Shown piece by piece: positions 29,634 through 38,361 of a stretch of DNA of 64,000 bases (positions are counted from its first letter, which is position 1; each line of letters opens with the position of its first letter). Source of the stretch: Candidatus Woesearchaeota archaeon (GTDB lineage: Archaea > Nanobdellota > Nanobdellia > SCGC-AAA011-G17 > JAGVZF01); NCBI GenBank assembly GCA_964549185.1, contig CAZJUI010000002.1, positions 28,409 through 92,408 of the forward strand, in the 5' to 3' direction. Below the pieces are notes generated by a model. That model worked only from the letters and a program-made list of their open reading frames with translations, made no database searches and was not told the DNA's origin. A program made the position numbers and the translations under genes.

Positions 29634-30365
29634 ATGTCACTAATCTCAATAATCAATTTAAAGAAAGAATTCAAAACAGAAAATAAAATAATTAAGGTAT
29701 TTGATGATTTATCGCTAGAAATTCAAGAAAAAGAATTTTTAGTCATTCTAGGTCCAAATGGTTGTGGAAAAACAATATTGTTGAATATGATTGCAGGTTT
29801 TGAAAAATATACAAAAGGACAAATATTGGTTAAAGGAAATCAGATATCTCAACCATCAAAAGAGATAGGATTTGTGTTTCAAGAATTATCTCTTTTCCCC
29901 TGGAAAACCGTTTCCAAAAATGTCCTATTCGGTTTAGAAGTAAATAAAGTCAAAAATGCAGAAGAGATTGCAACAAAATATATAGATATTTTAGGATTAT
30001 CAGAGTTTAAACATACATATCCAAATCATTTATCTACAGGCATTAAACAAAAAGTAGCTATAGCAAGGACTCTTACCCTAGATCCAGATATATTATTGAT
30101 GGATGAGCCATTTTCTAATTTAGATGTTACTACAAAAAAAGTTTTGCAGCAGGAACTTATTAGCTTATGGAAATCAACCAATAAAACCATAATCTATGTA
30201 ACCCATAATGTTGATGAAGCAATAGCAATTGCTACAAGGATAGTATTATTAAATAATGATGGATGTATAAAAAAGATTATAAACATTAAACATCATCATC
30301 CTAAAGATTTATCACTGCCATATTTTAAAAAATTAAAAATAGATATTGAAAAGATAAGAAAATGA
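29634..30365 (+). CDS. ABC transporter ATPase (nitrate/sulfonate/taurine type)
   Basis: GPNGCGKT, VFQE..LFPW, LSTG signature variant, LLMDEPF, VTH. Confidence 0.92.
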   Translation: MSLISIINLKKEFKTENKIIKVFDDLSLEIQEKEFLVILGPNGCGKTILLNMIAGFEKYTKGQILVKGNQISQPSKEIGFVFQELSLFPWKTVSKNVLFGLEVNKVKNAEEIATKYIDILGLSEFKHTYPNHLSTGIKQKVAIARTLTLDPDILLMDEPFSNLDVTTKKVLQQELISLWKSTNKTIIYVTHNVDEAIAIATRIVLLNNDGCIKKIINIKHHHPKDLSLPYFKKLKIDIEKIRK

Positions 30366-31333
30366 AAAAGAAAATAAAAATATTTTTAATAACCGGAATT
30401 TTATTAATAATGCTGATAATAATTTCAGTAAAGACAATAGAAAAGAAAGAGCAACCATCTATAAATTTTGGATATGCTTATAATATTGGAATGCTTCCGG
30501 GCATTGTAGGTGTAGAAAGAAATCTTTTTGAAAAACAAGGATTAAAAGTCAATCCAAGGATCCTTACAGGTGGCAAAGAAGTTGTGGAAGCGATGATTGC
30601 CGGAGATATAGATTTTGGATTAGCATCTTCAGGTAATATAATTCCCGCAGCTTCAAAAACAGATGATATCAAAATAATAGCAACTACAAGCTGGGGTGGG
30701 GGGAGGAAAAGGTTAATGATAAGAAAAGATCTTTTAATAAATAATTTCTCAGAATTAAAAAGTAAAAAAATAGCAGTAAAGATTGGAGGAACAAATTATA
30801 AGAATCTATTAAAATTAATAGAACTTTCAAATACCAACATAAAGGATTTTAGAATCATGAATATGAAGGATGATGATGCCATGGTAGCATTACAAACTAA
30901 AGATATAGATGCTTTCTTATGCGGTGAACCTTATTGTGCTACTATGGAATATAAAGATGTAGCTTACGAACTCTTAAATTTTGATAAAACCGAGAAAGAC
31001 CCAAATTTCTTATTGATTAGAAAAGATTTTATGGAAAAAAATCCGGAATTGGTTATCGAATTTTTAAAAGCTTGGATAGAATCAGTAGATTTTGTAAATA
31101 ATAATATTGATGAATCAAAGAATATAATAAGCAAAAAAGGTAACATAGAACCAGAAATCATTGACTTAGCGATAAAATACGCTAGATATGATTCAGATTT
31201 AGACGATTCGATGATACAATCATTTAAAGAAGATTCTAAGTTCTTACTCGATCAAAAAGTTATAGAAAAGCTGCCTAATTTTGATGATATAATAGTCAAG
31301 AGATATTTAGCAGAAGCTATAAAGATAAAATGA
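30362..31333 (+). CDS. ABC substrate-binding protein (SsuA/TauA/NMT1-like)
   Basis: N-terminal anchor; F.KQGL.V, AMIAGDIDF, ELKSKKIAV, EPY. Confidence 0.88.
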   Translation: MKKKIKIFLITGILLIMLIIISVKTIEKKEQPSINFGYAYNIGMLPGIVGVERNLFEKQGLKVNPRILTGGKEVVEAMIAGDIDFGLASSGNIIPAASKTDDIKIIATTSWGGGRKRLMIRKDLLINNFSELKSKKIAVKIGGTNYKNLLKLIELSNTNIKDFRIMNMKDDDAMVALQTKDIDAFLCGEPYCATMEYKDVAYELLNFDKTEKDPNFLLIRKDFMEKNPELVIEFLKAWIESVDFVNNNIDESKNIISKKGNIEPEIIDLAIKYARYDSDLDDSMIQSFKEDSKFLLDQKVIEKLPNFDDIIVKRYLAEAIKIK

Positions 31334-32109
31334 AATTAAAAGAAAAAACTAAAAATATATTATTATTCCTGTATCCATTGATAATAATTATAATAATCTG
31401 GCAAGTAATATCTACTTTTTTTATACCAAACTCAATAATCCTACCATCCCCATTTAAAGTTTTTACATCATTTTATAAATTATTGGTTGAAGGGGTTCTG
31501 CAAGTAAATTTATTTTATAGTTTAATTAGAGTAATAATAGGATTTTTAATTGGATCAATTTTAGGCGTGATACTAGGTGCACTTATGGGAAGTATAAAAC
31601 AAATAGAGATATTTTTAAATCCGATAGTAAATTTATTACAGCCAATCCCAAAGATAGCATGGATTCCACTAGCTATTCTTTGGTTTGGTTTAGGTTTTAC
31701 TGCTACAATATTCATTATAGCTCTAGCAACATTTTGGGCAGTTTTATTCACAGCATGGAATGGAGTAAAAAGTGTAAACAAAATTCTTATAAAAGCAGCC
31801 CAATCCTTGGGCGCCAAAAAAGGATATATTTTTTTTAATGTTTTATTACCAGCAGCTTTCCCTCAGATAATAACAGGAATGCGCTTAGGTATAGGGATGG
31901 CTTGGAGAGCATTAGTTGCAGCAGAATTATTGATAGCAAGTACAAATGGATTAGGATATATGATATTTAATGCCAGAGAATTTTTTAGAACAGAAGAGAT
32001 TATTGTTGGAATGTTGATAATAGGATTAATCGGCATCCTTATAGAAAAGGTAGTTTTCAGAAAAATAGAGATACTGACTATGGAAAGATGGGGGATGTAT
32101 AATAATTAG
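31330..32109 (+). CDS. ABC permease (SsuC/TauC-like)
   Basis: LPSP, SL.RV..G, PIPKIAWIPLAILWFG, EAA-like KAAQSLGA, AELL. Confidence 0.92.
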   Translation: MKLKEKTKNILLFLYPLIIIIIIWQVISTFFIPNSIILPSPFKVFTSFYKLLVEGVLQVNLFYSLIRVIIGFLIGSILGVILGALMGSIKQIEIFLNPIVNLLQPIPKIAWIPLAILWFGLGFTATIFIIALATFWAVLFTAWNGVKSVNKILIKAAQSLGAKKGYIFFNVLLPAAFPQIITGMRLGIGMAWRALVAAELLIASTNGLGYMIFNAREFFRTEEIIVGMLIIGLIGILIEKVVFRKIEILTMERWGMYNN

Positions 32110-32113
32110 CAAC

Positions 32114-32812
32114 ATGTTTTCTATAGATAAATATCGCGGGATACACAAAGGCACAAGAATTGCTGTATTGGGATCTTCTCCAACTTTATCTTTATATCAT
32201 AATGAAGAAGATATAGCTATTGCAGTTAACGGTGCCCCACAAGCATTAAATAAGCAAAGTAAAGTAGATTATTTTATGTGCGGGGATAAAGATTCTTATA
32301 AAAGACAATGGTTTCTTTCATCTCAAAGATTTAATGCTACACGAATTGTTTCCTCATTTGTACTCCCATTTGATGAAATAATAATTCCCGACATTCAAGA
32401 AAGAAAAAAACTTCAAAAAAGATTAATGGATTTTGAAAGCACAAAGGAATCCCTAATTAAATTTATACTAGATGATTATATTTTAGATTCCAGCCACGGT
32501 TTCTTTTATTACAGCAGACCTTGGAATCAGGAAATATCTAGAGATCAAAAAAGATTTGCTAAAAGTTGTACGATTACTGGGGTTGCTTCTCAGATGGCGT
32601 TAGTTATGGGTGCGGAAGAAATACATTTATATGGTTGCTCTTTTGGAGATGTAAAAGGAAACCATTACAGTTATGATGCAAAAGATGAGCCTGGTGAAAT
32701 CAAACCCTGGCAACCAACAGTAATGGATTTTATAATCTATCAAATAATTCAACAGGGTGTAAGGGTTTATTCACACGGATTTACTACATTAAGAATGCCG
32801 GAAAAGCATTAA
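32114..32812 (+). CDS. DUF115/Maf-like (GT29/GT42-like) fold protein
   Basis: RIAVLGSSPTL, IAVN, A.QMALVMGAEEIHLYGCSF, HYS. Confidence 0.6.
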   Translation: MFSIDKYRGIHKGTRIAVLGSSPTLSLYHNEEDIAIAVNGAPQALNKQSKVDYFMCGDKDSYKRQWFLSSQRFNATRIVSSFVLPFDEIIIPDIQERKKLQKRLMDFESTKESLIKFILDDYILDSSHGFFYYSRPWNQEISRDQKRFAKSCTITGVASQMALVMGAEEIHLYGCSFGDVKGNHYSYDAKDEPGEIKPWQPTVMDFIIYQIIQQGVRVYSHGFTTLRMPEKH

Positions 32813-33195
32813 ATTCCTATTATTCTAAATTGAAAAGGTATAACCATAGTCAATACTTTTATGTTATAGATATTTTTTAATCTTGTAATTTCGAGCTTAA
32901 AACTCATATCCTCACAAATCTTTTCCAATGATTCCAAATCAGAAATAAATCTTTTTTTTAGATCATCAATAGCATCATCTCTCTTGCTAAAATCTACATG
33001 ATAATAAAAATCTAAAGCACATTCTCCAATTTCTAACTCATGATCTAATCTACTGTCAGGAAATCCATCTCTCACACCATAATAATCAAAATTTAGGGGA
33101 ACAGCACATTCAATTGAATCTTTAACAACATCAATCCCGTTATCACTAACACATATTTCATAACTTCCCTGTCTTCTCATTTGCAATATCTTCAT
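32809..33195 (-). CDS. Hypothetical protein
   Basis: 128-aa ORF with upstream TATA-like box. Confidence 0.7.
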   Translation of the reverse strand: MKILQMRRQGSYEICVSDNGIDVVKDSIECAVPLNFDYYGVRDGFPDSRLDHELEIGECALDFYYHVDFSKRDDAIDDLKKRFISDLESLEKICEDMSFKLEITRLKNIYNIKVLTMVIPFQFRIIGI

Positions 33196-33265
33196 ATTAA
33201 TAGAAATGTTAATAACTTTATAATATTTATCTTTGATTATTCCGTTAAATAATTTTCTGATTTTA

Positions 33266-33283
33266 AGTTACAACAAAACTATT
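33266..33283 (+). repeat. Direct repeat flanking the DUF2283 TA cassette (other copy 33859-33876)
   Basis: AGTTACAACAAAACTATT identical; similarity extends about 12 nt leftwards. Confidence 0.8.
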
Positions 33284-33530
33284 AAGCTTTAACACCCTTT
33301 TTAGGTATTAATTGTATTTTAAAAGGTAATTCTACATTAATATCATGTAATTTTTCTGTTCTTTTTTTAAAATTGAATACAGCTATCCCAGTTGTTTTTT
33401 TTGTTTTTTTATCAATCCTTTCAAAAATATCATTACCCAAGTTTTTAAAATAACCTTCAGTATATTTTCCCATATTTATTTCTAGAAAATCTCCTTCATC
33501 ATCATAATATAAATTTAAATTGTTTTTCAT
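33282..33530 (-). CDS. DUF2283-like antitoxin
   Basis: YYDDEGDFLEI...ERID......TGI pattern. Confidence 0.8.
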   Translation of the reverse strand: MKNNLNLYYDDEGDFLEINMGKYTEGYFKNLGNDIFERIDKKTKKTTGIAVFNFKKRTEKLHDINVELPFKIQLIPKKGVKA

Positions 33531-33814
33531 TTTATTTTATCTGTATAAAAGCTTGTAATTATAAATCCTTTTCCATTTAAATACTTTACTGCTACTAACA
33601 AATATTTTATCCTATCCTTATTGTATTTATAATAAACATTGACATTTTTATCAGTTTTTGATTCAACAACAATATTTGGGTTAATTAAAAAATCTTTAAT
33701 TTCTTCTAATCTATTAGACATTTCTGGATGTTTCAATATATGGTTATATCTTTCATCAGTCAGATAGATAATTCTTCCATTTTCATCTTTTATTTCAGAT
33801 ATAATCATTGTCAT
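33527..33814 (-). CDS. RelE/ColE5-like (DUF4258-like) RNase toxin
   Basis: LTDERYNHILKHPEM...P......YY...YLLVAVK...FIITSF; ATGA overlap with DUF2283. Confidence 0.7.
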   Translation of the reverse strand: MTMIISEIKDENGRIIYLTDERYNHILKHPEMSNRLEEIKDFLINPNIVVESKTDKNVNVYYKYNKDRIKYLLVAVKYLNGKGFIITSFYTDKIK

Positions 33815-33902
33815 ATAAAAAATATAAAATCTTTTAAAACTATCTTTTCTTAATTTCTAGTTACAACAAAACTATTTAAACTAAATAAAATAAATCTATA
33901 TT

Positions 33903-35219
33903 ATGAAAAAAGAGGATAAAGTAGTTAAAAAATCATTGAGATATTCAATAATTGACGGCTCTTTCTATTCCTTAATGACCGGAGTTGGACATTCTTTGAT
34001 TATACCATTTGCATTAGCAATGAAAGCAACCAATCTGCAAATTGGTTTTCTAAGTTCCTTTCCGGATTTAATCTCTCCTTTATCTCAGTTTGCAACAATA
34101 AAAGCAATGAAGCATAATCAAAGAAAATCATTAATTCTTAGAGCAGCATTGTTCCAAGCTTTTATGTGGATTCCAATTTTAATGATTCCCTTCATAATTT
34201 TATCACATGGTCCATTGGTTTTAGTTTTAACCTTTTCATTACTTGCTTTATTTGGTAGCTTTATTGGTCCGGCATGGGCTTCCTGGATAGGAGATTTGGT
34301 TCCGGAAGAAAAAAGAAGTTCATATTTTGGAACTAGAAATAAAATTATAGGATTAGTTGCATTAATCTCAACATTATTAGCAGGATTTTTCTTAGATAAG
34401 TTCAAAGCAGTTAATAAAATATTTTTAGGTTTCGCAATTCTGTTCTTTATAGCATTTATTGCAAGATTAATTTCAATTTCATATATGAAAAAAATGTACG
34501 AGCCTAAATTTAAGCTTGAAGAAAAATATCAATTCACATTCTGGCAATTCATAAAAAAAGCGCCATCTAATAATTTTGGAAGATTTACAATCTATTTTAC
34601 TTTAATCAATCTGACTGCGAATATAGCCTCCCCGTTCTTCACAGTTTACATGTTAAAAAGCTTAAATTTTAGTTATGCACAATATACCATAGCAGGTTTT
34701 GTTTCTGCTTTTTGTGGTTTATTAATTATGTCCCAAATAGGAAAGATAGGAGATAAATATGGCAATATTTCAATAATAAAAATATCTGGATTTTTAATTC
34801 CTTTTGTTCCATTGCTATGGCTCTTAACAAAAAATTTTTATTTGATATTATTAATACAAATATTTTCAGGAATTGCCTGGGCAGCATTTAATCTATCTTC
34901 ATCTAATTTTTATTTTGATTCAACATCTCCGCAAAGAAGGGCAACTTGCTTGACTTACTTAAATGTTTTGACAGGAATTGGAGTTTTTCTCGGCGGTATT
35001 CTCGGCGGTTATCTTTCAACAACAATTAAACTTAATTTTGATTCAATATTAATTCTTTTCATTATTTCAGGAGCATTAAGATTAGCGACGTCTTTGATAT
35101 TTATTCCAATGTTAAAGGAAATTAGAGAAACTCCAAAAGTGAACCTCATCCATTCTATAGAATCAACAATAACCCAAAGATTCTTTAAACTCACCCATCT
35201 TCCGATAAAAAAACCTTAA
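33903..35219 (+). CDS. MFS transporter
   Basis: 12 TM segments; W.SWIGDLVP...R..YFG.R; GKIGDKYGN. Confidence 0.9.
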   Translation: MKKEDKVVKKSLRYSIIDGSFYSLMTGVGHSLIIPFALAMKATNLQIGFLSSFPDLISPLSQFATIKAMKHNQRKSLILRAALFQAFMWIPILMIPFIILSHGPLVLVLTFSLLALFGSFIGPAWASWIGDLVPEEKRSSYFGTRNKIIGLVALISTLLAGFFLDKFKAVNKIFLGFAILFFIAFIARLISISYMKKMYEPKFKLEEKYQFTFWQFIKKAPSNNFGRFTIYFTLINLTANIASPFFTVYMLKSLNFSYAQYTIAGFVSAFCGLLIMSQIGKIGDKYGNISIIKISGFLIPFVPLLWLLTKNFYLILLIQIFSGIAWAAFNLSSSNFYFDSTSPQRRATCLTYLNVLTGIGVFLGGILGGYLSTTIKLNFDSILILFIISGALRLATSLIFIPMLKEIRETPKVNLIHSIESTITQRFFKLTHLPIKKP

Positions 35220-35300
35220 ACTATATTTTCTACAATTTAATTAACCATTGTATTAAAGTATCATCTTCATTTATATAGTTTGGTTAATTATAAGTTATTG

Positions 35301-35357
35301 CTCTTTTTCCCTAAAAAACGAGGCGCTAACCCTTGGGGAAAAAAGAGGTTTATTTTT
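35301..35357 (+). other. Intergenic hairpin: candidate small RNA or bidirectional terminator
   Basis: CTCTTTTTCCCTAA...TTGGGGAAAAAAGAG stem followed by a T-tract; TATA box at 35270-35277. Confidence 0.4.
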
Positions 35358-35362
35358 ATTGA

Positions 35363-35827
35363 TTATGAATCCATTTCTATTAAAGGTTTAAATCTTTTAA
35401 GCTGTTTTTCCAAATCAATATCAGCTTCCTCAAAAAATCTTTCATTGCCAACAAGATCTTCATCCCTATCAAGATTAATATAATTAGGTCCCCTAGTATA
35501 GAAAGAACTTCTAAGTATTAATATATCATCAACGCGCAAATCACCATCTTTATCAGTGTAAATTTTATCATCTAAAAAAGTAGAGTGTCTTTTTACTTCT
35601 ATTTTACCTTCTGCTTCATAAAGATTAACCTCAGTATGTCCAAAAAATCCATCAGCCTTTTTACAAACAAGATGACGATCATTACGTCCGAAACCTTTAT
35701 CGAAATATCTCACATTATTATAGGAATAATAATTCATTCCACTAACAACCAAAGCAGCGGTTGCAAAGGCAGTTATAGGCATACCCAGAGATAATGCAAC
35801 CCTTCCAATAGATCTTAACAATGTCAT
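35363..35827 (-). CDS. Hypothetical membrane-anchored protein
   Basis: N-terminal hydrophobic segment; DKDGDLRVD Ca-loop-like motif; BRE-TATA upstream. Confidence 0.75.
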   Translation of the reverse strand: MTLLRSIGRVALSLGMPITAFATAALVVSGMNYYSYNNVRYFDKGFGRNDRHLVCKKADGFFGHTEVNLYEAEGKIEVKRHSTFLDDKIYTDKDGDLRVDDILILRSSFYTRGPNYINLDRDEDLVGNERFFEEADIDLEKQLKRFKPLIEMDS

Positions 35828-35950
35828 TTTATATTTTCATAAAATAGCTATTTATAAATCTTTCTATTTGTAACCACTATATAATAATATTATAATTAAC
35901 ACATATTTTACCTTATAAAAACCATTTTAAACAATATAATCAAAATTTAT

Positions 35951-35998
35951 AATACAACTACTTGTGCCAAATAAATAATAAAATACAACAGCTTGTAT
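35951..35998. promoter_or_regulatory. Two TACAA-N4-TTGTR palindromic boxes, 31 bp apart
   Basis: TACAACTACTTGTG (35953-35966) and ATACAACAGCTTGTAT (35983-35998) in a divergent intergenic region. Confidence 0.5.
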
Positions 35999-36105
35999 CT
36001 ATATTATAAGAAGATTATTTTAGCCTAGTAATTTTACTATCCTCGTCAAGTATCATTGGTGTTTAAATACTTTAACACATATTAACTGATTAAGAGGTAT
36101 GTAAT

Positions 36106-37119
36106 ATGTTGAAAAAGAGGATATTCCTAAGTGGATTTATAACTATTGTAGTAATTATCTTATTAATAGTTGCAGGTCCAGCGAGCGCAGTTCAACTTTC
36201 TATTACTTTTAATGATCCAGACAAAACTTACTTCGAAAACGAGTTAATATCTTTTGATTCAGATATTAAAATTGAAAATATAGATTCAAGAGTCCCATTA
36301 ACAGATGTTGCTTTAAAGTTCACCGGTCCAAAATCATTTACTTGTTCTATAAAATTAAATGGAGATAATGATTGTAATGAAGTTAATCTAACTATTCTAG
36401 AAAACCCAAGCAATTATGGCTATGGTTACAGCTATGCATTCGAAGATGGTAATAAGACCAACTTTGGTTATGGTTACGGATATGGTTATAATACCCAAGA
36501 ACATTTTAAATTTAGAATAAGCTTTTCCAACTACCCATTAGGAGATTATAATGTAATAATACAGGCTAATACTGGAAAAGACATTAAACCTTTCTTTGAA
36601 AAGGAAGAAAAATTTAAAATAATAAAAGTTCCAATAATAAAATGTATTGATTTAGAAAAGAATAATACAAAAAAGAAATTAAGAGAGCTAAGATTATTTG
36701 CTCCAAATGATATTCCAAACCCAGAATGTATCTCAAAAGGCAGAGTCTTAATCAACTCAGTAATCACTCCTAATTTCAAGAAGCCATTCAATCAGCCAAT
36801 CACAAACTTAAATGGTCAAGTATTGGTAGATGCAAAAAAACTTCCTGATTTGGGCGAAGATGAAATTTATGAAGTTTGGTTAGTTGACAACGAATCAGGG
36901 TATAAACTAAGCATCGGCTTAATAGACTCAAATCCAAGTGGAAACGGGAAATTAACATATCAAATTAATAGTTATTTACCAATTCCAGGATTAAATCTAA
37001 CAAAAGCAGAAAGAACTTATGATATGGTTATAATAACAAAAGAACCATTCCCAGATCTTGATCCAAGTCCATCATCAAACATAATATTGGAGGGCGCAAT
37101 ATGGGCAAAAGACGATTAA
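36106..37119 (+). CDS. Secreted GY-repeat Ig-like protein fused to RskA-C (anti-sigma K extracellular)-like domain
   Basis: Signal ending AGPASA; NYGYGY...NFGYGYGYGY; YEVWLVD...SIG...YD.VIITKEP..D.DPSPS. Confidence 0.8.
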   Translation: MLKKRIFLSGFITIVVIILLIVAGPASAVQLSITFNDPDKTYFENELISFDSDIKIENIDSRVPLTDVALKFTGPKSFTCSIKLNGDNDCNEVNLTILENPSNYGYGYSYAFEDGNKTNFGYGYGYGYNTQEHFKFRISFSNYPLGDYNVIIQANTGKDIKPFFEKEEKFKIIKVPIIKCIDLEKNNTKKKLRELRLFAPNDIPNPECISKGRVLINSVITPNFKKPFNQPITNLNGQVLVDAKKLPDLGEDEIYEVWLVDNESGYKLSIGLIDSNPSGNGKLTYQINSYLPIPGLNLTKAERTYDMVIITKEPFPDLDPSPSSNIILEGAIWAKDD

Positions 37120-37583
37120 TATTAATAACATTTATAGTATTAACTTTAATTTCAACAGCCATAGTTACAGCTATTACTGAAAAATGGACAGCTAATTTAA
37201 CAACTCCAGATTCAACTAAGATTATTGGAAAAGCAGTAATAACCTCTTCAATAAATCTATTTATTACAAGTAGAAGTGAAAGAGCAAAAAGAAATTTCCA
37301 AGGTTCAATTATAATCGATACAAAAAACCTTCCAAAACTAAAGAAGAATTCAAAAGGAACTTTGATCGAAGTTTATGAAGCATGGCTAGTTGACAATGAA
37401 TCAGGATATAAACTAAGCATCGGTTTATTCGAGACAGATAAAAATAATCAGGGTACATTAGCATTTAAAACAAGAGCTTACTTTACAGAATACGATAAAG
37501 TTGTTATCACAAAAGAACCATTCCCAGATCTTGATCCAAGTCCTTCTTCAACAATAGTTTTATCTGGCGACATTAATAAATAA
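37101..37583 (+). CDS. Secreted RskA-C-like domain protein
   Basis: Signal peptide; YEAWLVDNESGYKLSIG and ITKEPFPDLDPSPS near-identical to the upstream gene. Confidence 0.8.
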   Translation: MGKRRLILITFIVLTLISTAIVTAITEKWTANLTTPDSTKIIGKAVITSSINLFITSRSERAKRNFQGSIIIDTKNLPKLKKNSKGTLIEVYEAWLVDNESGYKLSIGLFETDKNNQGTLAFKTRAYFTEYDKVVITKEPFPDLDPSPSSTIVLSGDINK

Positions 37584-37584
37584 A

Positions 37585-38220
37585 TTAGAAAAATCCAGTA
37601 TTATATTCGTTCTCAAAAGCATACCTGTCCCCAGTCAGTTCTAACATGGTGCCCGTTTTGTTTCTTCCAAGCATCCATCGCAATGTTTTATTGTTTTTAT
37701 CAATCTCCTCCCCAACATGATTTATCCTTTCAACAAGAGGGATAGTTGAAGATTGTTCACAACCCACCATAAATTCTTTCATAAACGCTTCATGAACTTG
37801 TCTAGCATATTTTCTGTCTGGAAAAGTGAATGTTACATCAACTACTGGAAGATAAGCTTCCTTATTCTTTTTATCAACAAATATTTTTCCTAAGGTATTT
37901 GTTTTAAAAAAAATTTGAAATGGATTTGTGTTATCCCAAGTTTCAAAATTATGATATCCAGATGGTCCAATTCCAGAATTAAATTCCGGACTAGATTCTT
38001 CTAAAATTTTATCATTAACAAAAATTATCCTTCTTCTCAAATTATTCCTGTATTGTATAGGTAAATAAAGAATAATTTTAGATAATTTAGTATCTAAATT
38101 TTTAAATGCTTCCCCTTCATCTAAATAAATAGGATTATGCAATAAATCACGAGGGGTATATGCTGCTTTAATAATATCTCTAGCAAGACCAACTTCACCA
38201 TCAGATATTTTTAATGACAT
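37585..38220 (-). CDS. Hypothetical protein
   Basis: 211-aa ORF; likely start 38220 after TTTAAATA. Confidence 0.75.
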   Translation of the reverse strand: MSLKISDGEVGLARDIIKAAYTPRDLLHNPIYLDEGEAFKNLDTKLSKIILYLPIQYRNNLRRRIIFVNDKILEESSPEFNSGIGPSGYHNFETWDNTNPFQIFFKTNTLGKIFVDKKNKEAYLPVVDVTFTFPDRKYARQVHEAFMKEFMVGCEQSSTIPLVERINHVGEEIDKNNKTLRWMLGRNKTGTMLELTGDRYAFENEYNTGFF

Positions 38221-38361
38221 AAACAATAAAAAAATCAATAAATATTTAAAATGTTTCTTTCTTCAATTTATATTTTCTACAACAACATTAGTTTGCTCTA
38301 GTGGTATCATCATTCTTTAAATAGTTTATTAACATTTTTATATCATTCTTAGAGGTTAATT

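Noticed and set aside
35280..35483. 67-aa + strand ORF over the hairpin
   Set aside because: TTG start abuts the TATA box and the ORF overlaps 35363-35827 in antisense; no coding support.
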